The notes beneath the pieces were generated by a model. That model saw nothing but the letters and a program-made list of their open reading frames with translations, did not search any database and was not told the DNA's origin. Positions 52,236 to 64,000 of a stretch of 64,000 nt of DNA are shown here, in pieces. Position numbers and translations under genes: made by a program. Origin of the DNA: Chrysomallon squamiferum (Eukaryota; Animalia; Mollusca); assembly GCA_012295275.1 (NCBI GenBank), contig CM022672.1:28644001-28708000 (forward strand), given 5' to 3'. Every line of letters begins with the position of its first letter. Position 1 is the first letter of the stretch.

Positions 52236-53522
52236 ACTTTTAAAGAGGAGAATGTTGTCTCCATCACAATTCTGAATGGTATGTTGGAAGAAAACTGGGG
52301 GACAGTTGTCCTGCTTCTTACATTTCCTCTTAATATATCTGTTAATACAGCTGATGAGGATTTAATTTTCATGAATTTTACAGGGCATCTTTGCTGTTTG
52401 ATTATGATAAGGGGAGAGAAATGCCCAGAGACACACAATCAGTAATATATTAAGATTTGACTATAATTTAGTCAGTTGAAAATTTAAACTAAATTACTTT
52501 GAAATAGATATCTACATATGAAAGTAGGTAAAACCTTAACATTTCAAATAAATAAAAACTATTTCTGTTTTTATATTTTTATTTAAACAGTTGTAATATT
52601 ATTTCAAGGAGAAAAAAAATAACTTCTGTTGATCTGACTAACATATCACTATAAATAAAATAAATTACTTGGAACATTCTAATAGCAACTTTCACTACAA
52701 TTTAAATTAACAATGACACAAAAATTTAAAAAAATAAAAATGTGCCAATTTTTCTTTTCTGTTTTGATATTATTATATCACAAAATATTTTCTTTGAAAC
52801 AATCTTTCAAACAAGGACCAATGAGTCCTTACACCCACTGATCCTTGTTTGAAACATTTAGTTATGAGGGAAATGCTGAACAACTATTTCACAAGTGCAG
52901 CCATTTTTCATTTCATTGTTTGTATTGTTTAACTATACATTACACCGCAGACATATTTCCAAACACAGCAAAACATGATGTCAGTGTCTACATTTTCACA
53001 TATTTATTATAGCTGCTTAATAAATATATTATAATGTCTTTATTTTACACTTGTTTGTTTTGTTTTTTGTTTTTTTTTAAATTACATTATCTACATTATA
53101 AGGCAGAGCTGGACAATATAAATCACAATTTTTAAAGTTTTGTTTTTAACAAACTAAATTTGTCAAGGCTAATTTTAATCTGTCATCTGTGATCTTGATG
53201 GTGTCTCCTGACTGCAGATAATTCACAAAAAGAGAAACAGTATTTCTCTCACAGCTGAACTGCAAGTGAACAAAACCAGTTTTTAATTTCATATACACCT
53301 TTGTGAATAAATGAGGACTATTTTTGTGAGATCTGCTTTCATTTAATAATGCACTATTGTTTTGATGAACCAACAGAGATGGATTTGTTTAGCTTCAGCA
53401 TAAGTCTGGGGTATTTTTGGCAGTATTTATTTTATTATTTTGTTATTAATCAGTTGAAGCTTTTTCTCTGTATTAAAGTGGTATTAATATTATTCATGTG
53501 ATCTTATTATAATTTATTTCTG

Positions 53523-53695
53523 TCACAAATAGTTATGTTTGTACTGCATGTGGATCTTCAAATTATCCTTTCTATTGAAACTTCTGTTACAAATGACACA
53601 GGTGAAAGTCTTTGGAAAGAGAATACTGTCTTCATGACGTTTCAGGTGATCTTTCCTTGCAAATAGCACAGAAAGCTTGTTTGTTTGACCTCTGT
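53523..53695 (-). pseudogene. Terminal finger exon B10, frameshifted twin of B12
   Basis: Phase-2 acceptor ttatttcag|A CAG AGG. CAIC is followed by a 14-nt deletion relative to B12. Finger 2 CVICNRSFNRKDNLKIHMQYKH is therefore out of frame. Confidence 0.75.
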
Positions 53696-54537
53696 CTGAA
53701 ATAAAAGATCACACACTAGTAAACAGGGTTTTTCAACAAGAAACATAAACAGAGTAACTTTTGTTTTTTTTAATATCTTCTCACAGCAGAAAGTAACATA
53801 CTTTAAACATTAAGTAAAGATTTAAAAACAAATAAACAAACACTCTTTTAGTGAATATATAAAATTATCTTTGTTAAAGTTGTTTAAAATAACTAATGAT
53901 AAAGTTTTTAGAGTAGCATGTTCATGTACAAACATCGTTACATTAATGACATAACAAGCTTATTATATATGTCAAATAATGTGTCAGAAAATGTGTTAAA
54001 ACCACCTCAAACTTAGTGTCAAAAAAGTTAAATAAGAGAATATTTGAAGACATTAAACAGATGTATGCCTACATCATACATGTTAATTAGATGATACATG
54101 AAAGTTATACACATTTGCAACAATTTATAAATGCAAACTGAAGCAGGTATTTTCAAAATGGAAATTATCATTTTTAAATCTAATGTTACATGGTTTTCTA
54201 GAAATGTGTACTATTTCTTTCTTATGTAAATGTAACCAAAAAAGTAAGCAACATAATGAAACTTCAAATTTACACAGATGCTTGAACAAAAAGAACTAAA
54301 TAATTAATCCATAAAGTGTTTACATACTAAACAAATTGGTAGACATGGATTCTTAATACCTTAGTTTTGTGTGTTTGTGCATTCTTATGTGTCTACAGAA
54401 TGTTGGTAAATGAGACTTTTTTTGTATATTCATAACCCTGAATTTATCTCTGACTGTGTGTCCATTCTTATGTGTTCGTGGAATGTTGGTGAATGAAACA
54501 ATTTCTTTTTATATTCATAAATCTGAATTTATCTCTG

Positions 54538-54568
<31 letters not shown>

Positions 54569-54620
54569 TGGTGTGTCTGGTGCAGGTTAGAGTAATAAAT
54601 CTACAAGTGAGTTATGTTAG

Positions 54621-54837
54621 TTATTTATCATGACAGGTTTTCATGTGTCTTGATAAACTATCCTTTCTCATGAATGATCTTCCACAGATGCTGCACAAGA
54701 AGCTGCCATCCTTTATGTGCACAGTCTTCATGTGTCGAGTGAGATCATAGACTCGTGTGAACTCTCTCTGACAGAGTGTACACTGATACTGAAAAGTGCC
54801 ATCAACATTTGACCATGGTCCATCAGTCCTGAATGCT
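54621..54837 (-). CDS. Terminal exon B9: two fingers, phase 2, twin of B11
   Basis: Same acceptor and sequence as B11 except finger-2 helix RKDSLSRH. Confidence 0.85.
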
Positions 54838-55639
54838 CTGAAATACAAATTAGATACTGCATCTGATACTGTTTTACATCTGTTCAGTCAACTGTAAATG
54901 AGGTCAAGTGCGTATGACTGTTCTGTTGGATTAATGACAATGTGTATGTATAAATAATTCATTATCATGAAACATAGGTGACATCCTTTATGAATGCAGC
55001 AGTAATAAATTCTATTTACATGACAAATGTTGATACAACTGTAGACAGATAACTAACTAATCACTGGTCATTGAACCAAGATCTGGCTGAACAGATAATA
55101 GATTGGACAAATAGCAGAATGAACCTTTGGCATTTAAAAAAAAAAGTATTGTTAGTTTTATCTTTTCTTTCTAATTTGTTTTTGTTATTTTATAAAATAA
55201 AATAAAAAATGGCATTACTGCAAGATAAAAATAGCATAACTGCAAAAAAAAAATTCTTTATTGTACATAAGTTGCAATAAAAGATATTAATTGTAATATT
55301 TAAAGATAGTGCTATTTTTCCACAAACTGATTTCAAATGCTGGTATTCCTTGTGTTCATTGCTGTACATTGATCCATGTTGCTTCAAAATAACCAAGAAA
55401 AACAGATTATTCTTAAAGTTACAAAATGTGAATAACATATAATAGTAACAACAATAACATTTCAGTAGTTTCCTATTCAAAACATTAAATTTGTTCTCCT
55501 TTGCTTATTAGTTGTTACATCTGTAATTTGTAAGATTCATGCATTTCTGTTTCTGTAATGTATACAAGCGTAATATATCATGTCTACAGTTTTTATATCT
55601 GTCGCATAAATATAATAGATATCTGCAGTTGCAATATCT

Positions 55640-55819
55640 TTAATTATATGTAGGATCAACACTTGCGTTTCTGAAAAAATCTCTGCCACAGTTTGCACAG
55701 ACAATGGAAACAATTTCTGAAATGAATATTTCATTCATGGCAAAGTAAACTGTTGGAGAAATTCTGATCACAGATAAGTCTGAGACTGAGAATTGGTTGC
55801 CATAGTAACAGTTTCTCTT
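55640..55819 (-). pseudogene. Possible decayed finger exon B8
   Basis: Phase-2 acceptor ttattttcag|A AGA. Reads TYL*SEFLQQF (eroded finger), then CANCGRDF/SETQVLILHI with a frameshift in a T run. Confidence 0.45.
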
Positions 55820-56741
55820 CTGAAAATAAATTTACAATCCTGCGAATAATCCTACATTATTTGATGTATCTTTTATAATAATAAATATTGTAACTTTGTT
55901 AATGAAGTATATTTCATTTAGATGAAGTGTATTTAGCCGATATATCTCTAACAACATTTAGCCAATATATCTCTGTCTATAATAAAAGTGTATGTATCTT
56001 CACAGTAGAAAAACTGACACTGGTATAATTAAAATAGTAGTTTGAGTCAAGATAATTGTGGGAACAGATGAAACCTTTTCTTTTATTTATCCCAAATCAT
56101 CTTAATGTGTTTCTTGTTTAATTAAAAGATAATTCATAATAATTATAAAATTTATTATCAAAAACAAATGTATTTTTTCAACTCATGTTAGAAAACATAA
56201 TACTGATTCAAACTAAAAAATGATAATTAAAATTCATATAAAAAATCAATGAGTAAAACAAACGTGCATCCTTCACAACTGCCAAACACATGCACACACA
56301 TGAACATCCTACTGAAGGTTATATGTAATTTCCAGACCATCACAATCAGTGCTCAGGCTGAACAATGTAATGATTCGTAAATATATTTTAAAATTACATA
56401 TTTTATTAAGTGCATCTAAATGATCACAGACAAAAGATAATTATATTTTTTTTTTTTTGGTAGTTTTCCTTATTTAAACCCACAGAACAAAACAATTAGA
56501 AAACTGTATTAAAATGTTTTTACAAATAAAATGTATAGTTTAAGTCTGTGAAAAAATCATATTAAGTCTCTAAGGACGCAGTGGAATCAAGCTGATCAAG
56601 CTAACCAGGACTGCTTCTTCAATAACTTGTAGTAGAAAGAGTTTTTCTTGTGACAGTAGTAAAGAGTGAAGAATGGTGTTCTTCTGTTAACACTCTGTGA
56701 CATTCCAGTTGAAACGGGTTCTCTAGAGGATCAATTCTGTG

Positions 56742-56982
56742 TTAATTTGATGGTTTAACCATGTCAGTCTGACTGGTTTCAGATAAACCTTTCTTAATCA
56801 GATGGCGACACTTGTAAGCAATGTGTTGTGTAAGATTGTCTCGCCGGTTGAAGTTACTTCCACACACATTACAAGTGTATCTACGCACATTCTCGTGCAG
56901 ACTCTTCTTGTGGCGGTACAGGTTACTCTTGTGTGTGAAAGTTTTTCCACAATAATGACACTTCAGCTCACACAGCACTTTC
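56742..56982 (-). CDS. Terminal exon B7: two fingers, phase 2
   Basis: Acceptor cattacag|G AAA GTG. Encodes CHYCGKTFTHKSNLYRHKKSLH and CNVCGSNFNRRDNLTQHIAYKC. Confidence 0.87.
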
Positions 56983-57551
56983 CTGTAATGTAAACAAAGT
57001 ACCTTATACTTAAACCTTGATGTAAAGAGAAAGTATTAAAAGTCTGTTTAAAATTATAAGCATCATTTTACAAAAGTTAAAAAGACAATACAAATTCCAT
57101 TATTATAATCAATTTTAAAATTGTTTATTTTATACCAAATATCAGTTAATATATTTTTCATGCAATACATTTTACATACACACACACAGATACTTACACA
57201 TGCATATATACACACACAAAGAAAAAACACTACGTTCTGTAAGTAATATTAATAATGTGATGTTTCTTTGCCACAATTAAGAACATGAACTTGTAATATA
57301 CACAATTTTGCAGTGTGTGTACATGTTATTAACATTGTGAAGTGTTTTGATAACCATTTACTGATGTTTTCAGGTCTGCAGGAGAAGCTGTAAAGATTGC
57401 TGGTTTAATTAAACAGTGTAGATTCATGGCTTAAAAAGAAGTAACCAAACTAAAAAGATAAATGTTAACTGAAGAAATTTCAAATACAATTACAATTAAT
57501 TTTAAAGAATAAAATAATTATAACAATAATAATGGTGTGTTTGCATGTTGC

Positions 57552-57552
<1 letters not shown>

Positions 57553-57588
<36 letters not shown>
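57553..57588. repeat. (AC)n microsatellite
   Basis: Direct reading. Confidence 0.95.
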
Positions 57589-57589
<1 letters not shown>

Positions 57590-58256
57590 GCGACAAATAA
57601 AAGAAAGTTCATTCAAAGAGCTACTGCCACTAAAAATGACATGAAACCTCGAAGAATTAATATTAATATTCCTGAATAGTGTTTATCGTTACAGTCAAAG
57701 GACAGTTTCAAATTCCTAGACTAAACCTGAATCTGGTAATACAATGTTAGACATATTTGATTGTTTCAGTCACCTGTTAAAAATATATGTTGTGTGATTT
57801 TAGTTATGAATGTTAACAACAGTAAGAACGATCTTCTTTTAAAGTTTTGGTTTCTAATTTTTATTTATTTTTAAATCCTATTTTTAACATTTTTACCATT
57901 ATGAGAAAACGTAACAAGTTAGAGTTGATGTTTTATCTGAAATTCCTCTTTGAATTACTACTTTTGTTTTTTTAGATGTATTTAAAATTTCAGTAAATAA
58001 ACCATGGCACAAAACTGAAACTCTGAAGATGATAATTATAAAATAAAAAATATTAACCTTTTATTATTTTAAACACAAACATAATGTACAAATTCTCAAG
58101 ATGGAGAAATTTTATTTCTTCAAAGATTTTAATCAGAATGCCATTTGAAGTTAAGAGTTACATCTTTGCGCATTGTCTAGGAAAAAAAGTAAAAGTAAAA
58201 TGTCTGTAATTAAAATAAAAATTCTATAAACAGAGACAGTTTAACGTCATTGTCTT

Positions 58257-58467
58257 TCATTTGATATTTCTGTGTCCATGTTGAATGATGTGACGTCTCA
58301 GGTAATCGGATCTTTTAAAACATTTGCCACAGCTCTGACATGTGTATACTACTTTGTCATGTAAACTTTTCCTGTGTCTGTTTAAATTACTAGGGTCTGT
58401 GAACACTTGACCACACTTGTCACAGATGTGAATTAGAGGGTGTTTGGCACGTTGCAACCTGCTCGTC
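58257..58467 (-). CDS. Terminal exon B6: two fingers, phase 2
   Basis: Acceptor ttcttgcag|G ACG. Encodes CDKCGQVFTDPSNLNRHRKSLH and CQSCGKCFKRSDYLRRHIIQH. Confidence 0.87.
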
Positions 58468-59647
58468 CTGCAAGAAAAACGTAATTACATAAATACCTTT
58501 ATAAAATTTCAATCAAAGGGCATTCTCACCAATAGGCAGTTAATTCACTGAACTGTGCTGGGAGTACACCTGAACTGCAGTAACACAGTTCTCATTATCA
58601 TTCTACAAGTGGAGCCAGTGAGAACATCACTTGATTTTTTTTGTTACAAAATCAGGCTGTTAAATCTAGTTTCACAGAACATACAATATTCAGCTTAACT
58701 GTTTACAGCACTCAAATATTTTCATCACAAAACTGTTTATTTCCAGATATTAAAATGTTGTGTGTCTCTGTTTTAGTTGTGTATTTTATCAACAGTTGAT
58801 AAAATTTACTACTATTAATATAAAAGATCCATCAACAACCAAAGAAAATTACATTTAAATTTTTTTAAATATAACAAAATAATAATAATAATAATTTGCA
58901 ATCTTCACATAACAGTAAGATTGTACAGCACAGCTAATCATTTCAACTGTGGTGAATCTTTTCCCACAGAGAAAGCTGTTTTTATGTACCTCTCTGGGCC
59001 CCACAGGCAACTTAAGTCACCTGACTATAACACTGATGTTATGCATATTTATAGCTGTCATAATTTCTTTATTCATTCCATTTTTTACAAGAACAGAAAA
59101 TATGAAAGCAGTCGAATATAAAATTATTTTTCTTGAAACAGACTAGGTTTAAGAATAAGTTGAGTAACATTTTAACTGATGTACAGTGTTTCATAAAAAG
59201 AATACATGGCACTGTAAAAGATACAATAACTAACATAACTGTATAAAAAGTGATTCAGTCACAACTTTTAAAAATCAATCAATTTTGCAAATAACTTTCA
59301 GTTATATACATAATCAGGTATTTGAACAATATTGCATTTTAAAATACAACATATTAACACTAACAATATCTTACACAAAACAAAAGAGTATAATTAAATA
59401 AAATCAATGTCACATTTAATTTATTCAGTTTTCAAAGTCCTGTTGATCATGAAACTTACAAAATGGAAAATGTTATCTTTGCTTAATCAGTCTTTTCAAA
59501 TATTGATTTGATTAAAGGCCCACTTTAACTATCACAGCAGAATCTGTTATATTTTACACAGACCATTTTAACAGCAACAGAATGGTAAAATATTGCTTTC
59601 AGTGATTGTCCTGTCAACTTTCACTTTCATTCTTGAATATCCTATTT

Positions 59648-59891
59648 CTACTTTCGTCTTTCTACACATATCCTGCTATTTAAATGTGCCAGCAGATGAC
59701 CTTTCTGAGCAAACTGTCTGTTACACAGAGAACATGAGTACTTGCGCACTCTCTGGTGAACAAATCGGTGATGACGTCTCAGGTTGTTTTTGTCAGTGTA
59801 ACTCTTGTTACACAGAGTACATGTAAAGTTGGTTCCACTAACAAGACTTGCTACTCCACTTAACTTCCTCAGTCTCACTTTGCCAAAATAC
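59648..59891 (-). CDS. Terminal exon B5: two fingers, phase 2
   Basis: Acceptor atctttcag|G TAT. Encodes CTLCNKSYTDKNNLRRHHRFVH and CSLCNRQFAQKGHLLAHLNSRIC. Confidence 0.87.
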
Positions 59892-60046
59892 CTGAAAGAT
59901 ACAAATGTTCAAAAAAAGTCTTAAAATTCAATTTCAGTGATCCAGATAGTTGAACAACCTTTGCAATTTGAGTTAAAATATACAGCAGAAGAATCCTTGG
60001 AAAGTTATGAATTCTACATATAAACAGCAAAATCTTTAGTGACATT

Positions 60047-60308
60047 TTAAACAGCAGAACTGCGTTTTGAGCATTTTGAGAAAATGGCATTCTGATGACC
60101 TTGGAGATGAGCTTTACGGCTGAATCTTCTACCACAATCCTGACACTGAAACTTTTTTATTTGTTTGTGCACAGCTTCAATGTGCCGGCTAAGATTGTGC
60201 CACTCTGTGAATGTTTTGTTACAGATGTTACATATACAAGGTCTGTCCATTGTATTAGTTTTTACAATTTTAGCTTGCTTTTCAGCCTGACTTAATGCCA
60301 TGAAATAT
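60047..60308 (-). CDS. Terminal exon B4: two fingers, phase 2
   Basis: Acceptor gtgttttcag|A TAT TTC ATG. Encodes CNICNKTFTEWHNLSRHIEAVH and CQDCGRRFSRKAHLQGH. Confidence 0.87.
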
Positions 60309-61497
60309 CTGAAAACACAAAAACATTCTATTAGAAAATTTTATTAACTTTTTTATTTTTTTTAAACTGAAGTGCTGTTAACATATTAACTGTTTTCAGT
60401 TCCAGTGATTCACATTTCTTTTTATCATCCTGGTTCAACTATAGTTTGATTTCAGACTGTATGTGAAATGAAATCACCACAAAAGGCAAAAGCTGTGATT
60501 AGAACTATTGTTTCCTTTATAAATTACAGTGAAGACAACAGACTCTGTTCTTTGTGTTACACCAAGACAGAATAAGAGAACAGAGCAGGTAAATATGAGA
60601 TAATTTTTTCTATAGAACTGTAACTTTGTCGGTACGATTAATACAACTTTATTTGTGCTTAAACTTAATTTACAAAATATGCCTAACTGTTATTAGAGAT
60701 CAAACAACTAAAAATGTTTATTTTAAAAAATGTTTCTCAAAATTACTGCCTCTGTAACACAATCCCTGGATGAGATTTTAATTTTTAAAGAACCAGAGAT
60801 TATAGACTGAGTATCAAGAGTTAAAACCTCTGATTTGCTGTCATTGAACATGATCATTTGCATACAGATTTTAATTATCAGGCATATATTATAATATATT
60901 AGCTTTCATAAAAAAGCCACTTTCATTTAAATTTCTGTGTCAAAGACGACAACAAAAAAAACAAAAATGAACTCTGAATGCATGAAAAGTATCCATTATT
61001 ACAATGAAGATTTTTAATTTAAAAACAAAATAGGTTTCTTTATGGTAATAAAAAATGGTTAAATACATACAGACAGATAATTAATGTAGATCACATGATT
61101 ATAAATTTATTAATAAGATATACAAACTAAATTTTTACTGCTTATTTAAATTATTTCAAGGTCAATGAAAAAAACTAACAAAACATTACTAAATGATTAA
61201 TGATACATTTGACACCAAAAATGTCTCTTTGATTGTATAAACATATGCAAACCTACTGACACTATTAATGTACTTTTTATTGATTAGAAGCAAACATAAA
61301 TTTGCTAAAAATCAGAATTAAATATATCAATCATTATTTTGTTCAACTTTATATTAATTAAAAGAGTTGTGTGTTGAGAATTAAATCACCCTTCATCTAA
61401 TGAGAAAATTAAAAAAAGATAAAAAGAAATGTTTTCCTTCATTTTCTCGGTTAAAAACAAATTTCAGAAAGAACCATACAAGAAATCTCAGAGTGAA

Positions 61498-61762
61498 TCA
61501 CATATTAGAGTAATAACCACAGGTATCTTTCTTTCTTTTCTTGTGTCTCAGTAGATGACCTTTCTGAGTAAACTTCATCCCACAAACATTACAAATATAT
61601 TTGCGAATCTGCTCATGAATAAAGCGGTGATGACGTATCAAGTTACTCCTATCTGTGTATCGTTTCTGACAGAGAGAACACTCAAATGGTGGCTGAATTA
61701 CATTAGCTGTCAAGCTTGAAACTGAAGTAGTACTTGTCAAAGAAGGGAATCTGTTAACATAC
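61498..61762 (-). CDS. Terminal exon B3: two fingers, phase 2, paralogue of B5
   Basis: Acceptor gtctttcag|G TAT. Encodes CSLCQKRYTDRSNLIRHHRFIH and CNVCGMKFTQKGHLLRH. Confidence 0.87.
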
Positions 61763-62533
61763 CTGAAAGACAAAAGTTATAACAGATTCGTAAACAGTTT
61801 TTGGACATGAAGTGGAATCAGTGAAGAGGTTAATGTTAAAACAGTTTAGTGAGTTCACATTAACTAAGAACAACACTTGTTGCAGGAAAACATTGCAAAA
61901 ACAAAGAACAGAACTCCCAAACATGCTGAAAATATTTTAATTATAACTGATGTTTCATTAAAAATAATGGAATTTTCATTGGATAGATCTTATGTAGACT
62001 AACAGTAATCATAACATTGTGATGCTTTATTTATTTTTGTCATAATTTTAAAAGAATTGTATCATTGGATATGCAAACACTGGTAAACATGTGTTATCTA
62101 CTTTCAAACAAAAACCTGTATTAAACAGATTTATAAGTTAACTGTTATTTCAGTATGTCCTTGGAAAAATTACTGCAACTACTTAAATGCAGACATATAA
62201 TCAGCAAGTGTAAAAAATGTCAAAACTTAAAAATCAACTCAAATGATTCACTATAGTGCATTTAATGATACAACATAATTCAACCATTTTTCTTTTATTT
62301 GTTTAATTGACATAAATTTAGTTTAGATATGAGAAAGTAACTGATTTTTTCACTTTTTTCTGAAGACTGGCACAAACATTCTGGTTTCTGTTAACTATAA
62401 ACATTCTATCTCTAGTAATCCAGTCAGCAGAACAAGTATCCATTTAAAGATGAATTTTATGTGGAAAATTCTTAAGGAACTATATCCATTACTACTGCGT
62501 GCCTTCTCACACTCAGTCCACAACAAACATTCC

Positions 62534-62780
62534 TCAGTGTAGCGTTTTACTGAGGGCATGAAGTCGCATGTGTGCATGTAAGTTGTCCTTTCTGTTAAAC
62601 ATACTGCCACATATGGAACACATGTGCTTAACAACCTTTTGATGCAAGCTTTTCTTGTGCCTGGACAAATTATTTGGTAGTGAAAACCGTTGACTGCATA
62701 TATCACAGACAAAAGCACGCTTCAATTGTCCTATATGAGAATTGATGGGTTTTCCCCTTGCTTTCTTAAGAATGATCCCT
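62534..62780 (-). CDS. Terminal exon B2: two fingers, phase 2
   Basis: Acceptor ctttttcag|A GGG. Encodes CDICSQRFSLPNNLSRHKKSLH and CSICGSMFNRKDNLHAHMRLH. Confidence 0.87.
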
Positions 62781-63344
62781 CTGAAAAAGAAATGATGGAT
62801 TTTGTAACAAACTGAATGTTATTCATGTAAAATAACAACAACTCATATTCCTTACCCGTAGTAAAAAATCCTTTACAATTTTAACAAAAATTACTTTCCA
62901 GCATGATGAAAACTGATGACATTTTTTGTTAACACCTTACAAGAAACAGCAATCATCAAATATATGATGTAAAAAATAAAATGTAAATCAACTTTATTTT
63001 TAATAAAACTGTGAGATGTATGTTTTTAAAATAATGGTTGTCTGCATTCTAATATGTTCTGTTTTGTTACTCTGTAGTATATTTTACATGCTTCCAAAAA
63101 ACAATCACGTTAATTATTGACAATGAAGTGGAAATACAGTATATAAAAAATCAATTTTATTTCTAAACACATGGCAATTTATTGCCTTTCATATCATTTA
63201 GACTACAAGATTAACTGCAGCACAGTTAATAAAAGACAATCTTTTAAAAATAAAATATTGATTATTTGGAACATTTTGAATAACTTAAAACCATCCTCAT
63301 CACAGTTGGAGCCACCCAAAACCAAATATTACCAACATGGGTAT

Positions 63345-63579
63345 CTACTGCTTTAAATGAATGTCAAAGTGTTTTTTTAAATTGTCTTTTCTGTTGTAGT
63401 GTTTACCACAGACTGCACAAGTGAACTTCACCACTGACTCATGTACTGTCATTTTATGTCTGTGGAGGTTTTTTGAGTAAGAAAATTCTTTATGACAAAT
63501 TTCACAAAAGAAAGTTCTTTTAGGTCTCAGTGAATTGAAGTCTTCAGTTGTAAGTCCCAAATTCCTTAATCCACTTAAT
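63345..63579 (-). CDS. Terminal exon B1: two fingers, phase 2
   Basis: Acceptor ttctttcag|A TTA. Encodes CEICHKEFSYSKNLHRHKMTVH and CAVCGKHYNRKDNLKKHFDIH. Confidence 0.87.
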
Positions 63580-64000
63580 CTGAAAGAAGAAATAATGGGA
63601 TCAGTTAGAAGTAATTGGGTCAGATGATTAGGAATGGAATGGTTTTCAAACAAGAAAAGTGTATTTCATGTACAGACTGAGTACAGTTTGTCAGTCAATG
63701 AAGTTTTAACAAACAGCTTAATTTAACTTTATAGTCTGAACTGCAGTTGTCAGTGTATAAATAGAATGCACTGGTAACGTGTCATCATAAAAGTGAGTGT
63801 GGGTTAATTTAACACAGGTTCTATTTTTTGCCACCTCAGCACTGAAGTCTGTACAGTGCATCCATGTGATCAGAGAAAACTAATATCTTTCATTCTTAAA
63901 CCACCAATATACATTTCTTACTATATCTAAGTTATTTACAACAAATACATACTGAATTTACCTCCATAAAAGTGAAATTTCTAGAAATCAATAAATCAAT

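Larger units (their letters stand above)
48762..55382. repeat. Direct segmental duplication, ~48762-51100 versus ~53003-55382, each unit carrying two finger exons
   Basis: Near-identical blocks offset by about 4.24 kb (48908/53146, 50377/54621), separated by more diverged but alignable sequence. Confidence 0.92.

Noticed and set aside
62395-62718. 107-aa minus ORF, and similar overlapping ORFs at 35524, 56802, 59593, 59875 and 60095
   Set aside because: Alternate-frame or antisense shadows of cassette exons.
49371-63653. One long poly-zinc-finger gene made of consecutive exons
   Set aside because: Every exon ends in a stop codon after two fingers with no usable donor, and TGEKP linkers are absent.
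1-64000. CRISPR arrays, operons, rRNA or other prokaryotic systems
   Set aside because: The sequence is spliceosomal-intron-containing animal DNA, with no regularly spaced repeat-spacer pattern or rRNA motifs seen.

Overview
AT-rich, intron-containing animal genomic DNA. A mollusc or other lophotrochozoan source is inferred from protein and repeat style, not proven. (1) 3.5-11 kb, + strand: the last 11 coding exons of a Pins/LGN/GPSM gene (TPR repeats plus four GoLoco motifs), with a Tc2/pogo-type MITE and a decayed Academ-like transposon in its introns. (2) 16.2-47.9 kb, + strand: an unnamed gene whose two constant coding exons encode a ~70-aa folded non-BTB domain and an S/P/T-rich linker, ending on a phase-0 donor. 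At least 9 stop-terminated exons follow, all with phase-0 acceptors and each encoding a different probable DNA-binding module: C2H2 fingers, Psq HTH, CENP-B HTH, or an unnamed basic helix. A 53-nt phase 0-to-2 exon then leads to a phase-2 two-finger exon. (3) 49-63.6 kb, - strand: about 12 further two-finger terminal exons, nearly all phase 2 and including decayed copies, with no constant exon of their own in the window. The layout resembles insect lola/mod(mdg4)/fruitless/tramtrack loci but lacks a BTB domain. The antisense array is either a convergent sister gene or is joined to the + gene by trans-splicing or an inversion. hAT, Sola-like, MULE and LINE remnants and local duplications are interspersed. 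All splicing is predicted from sequence only.
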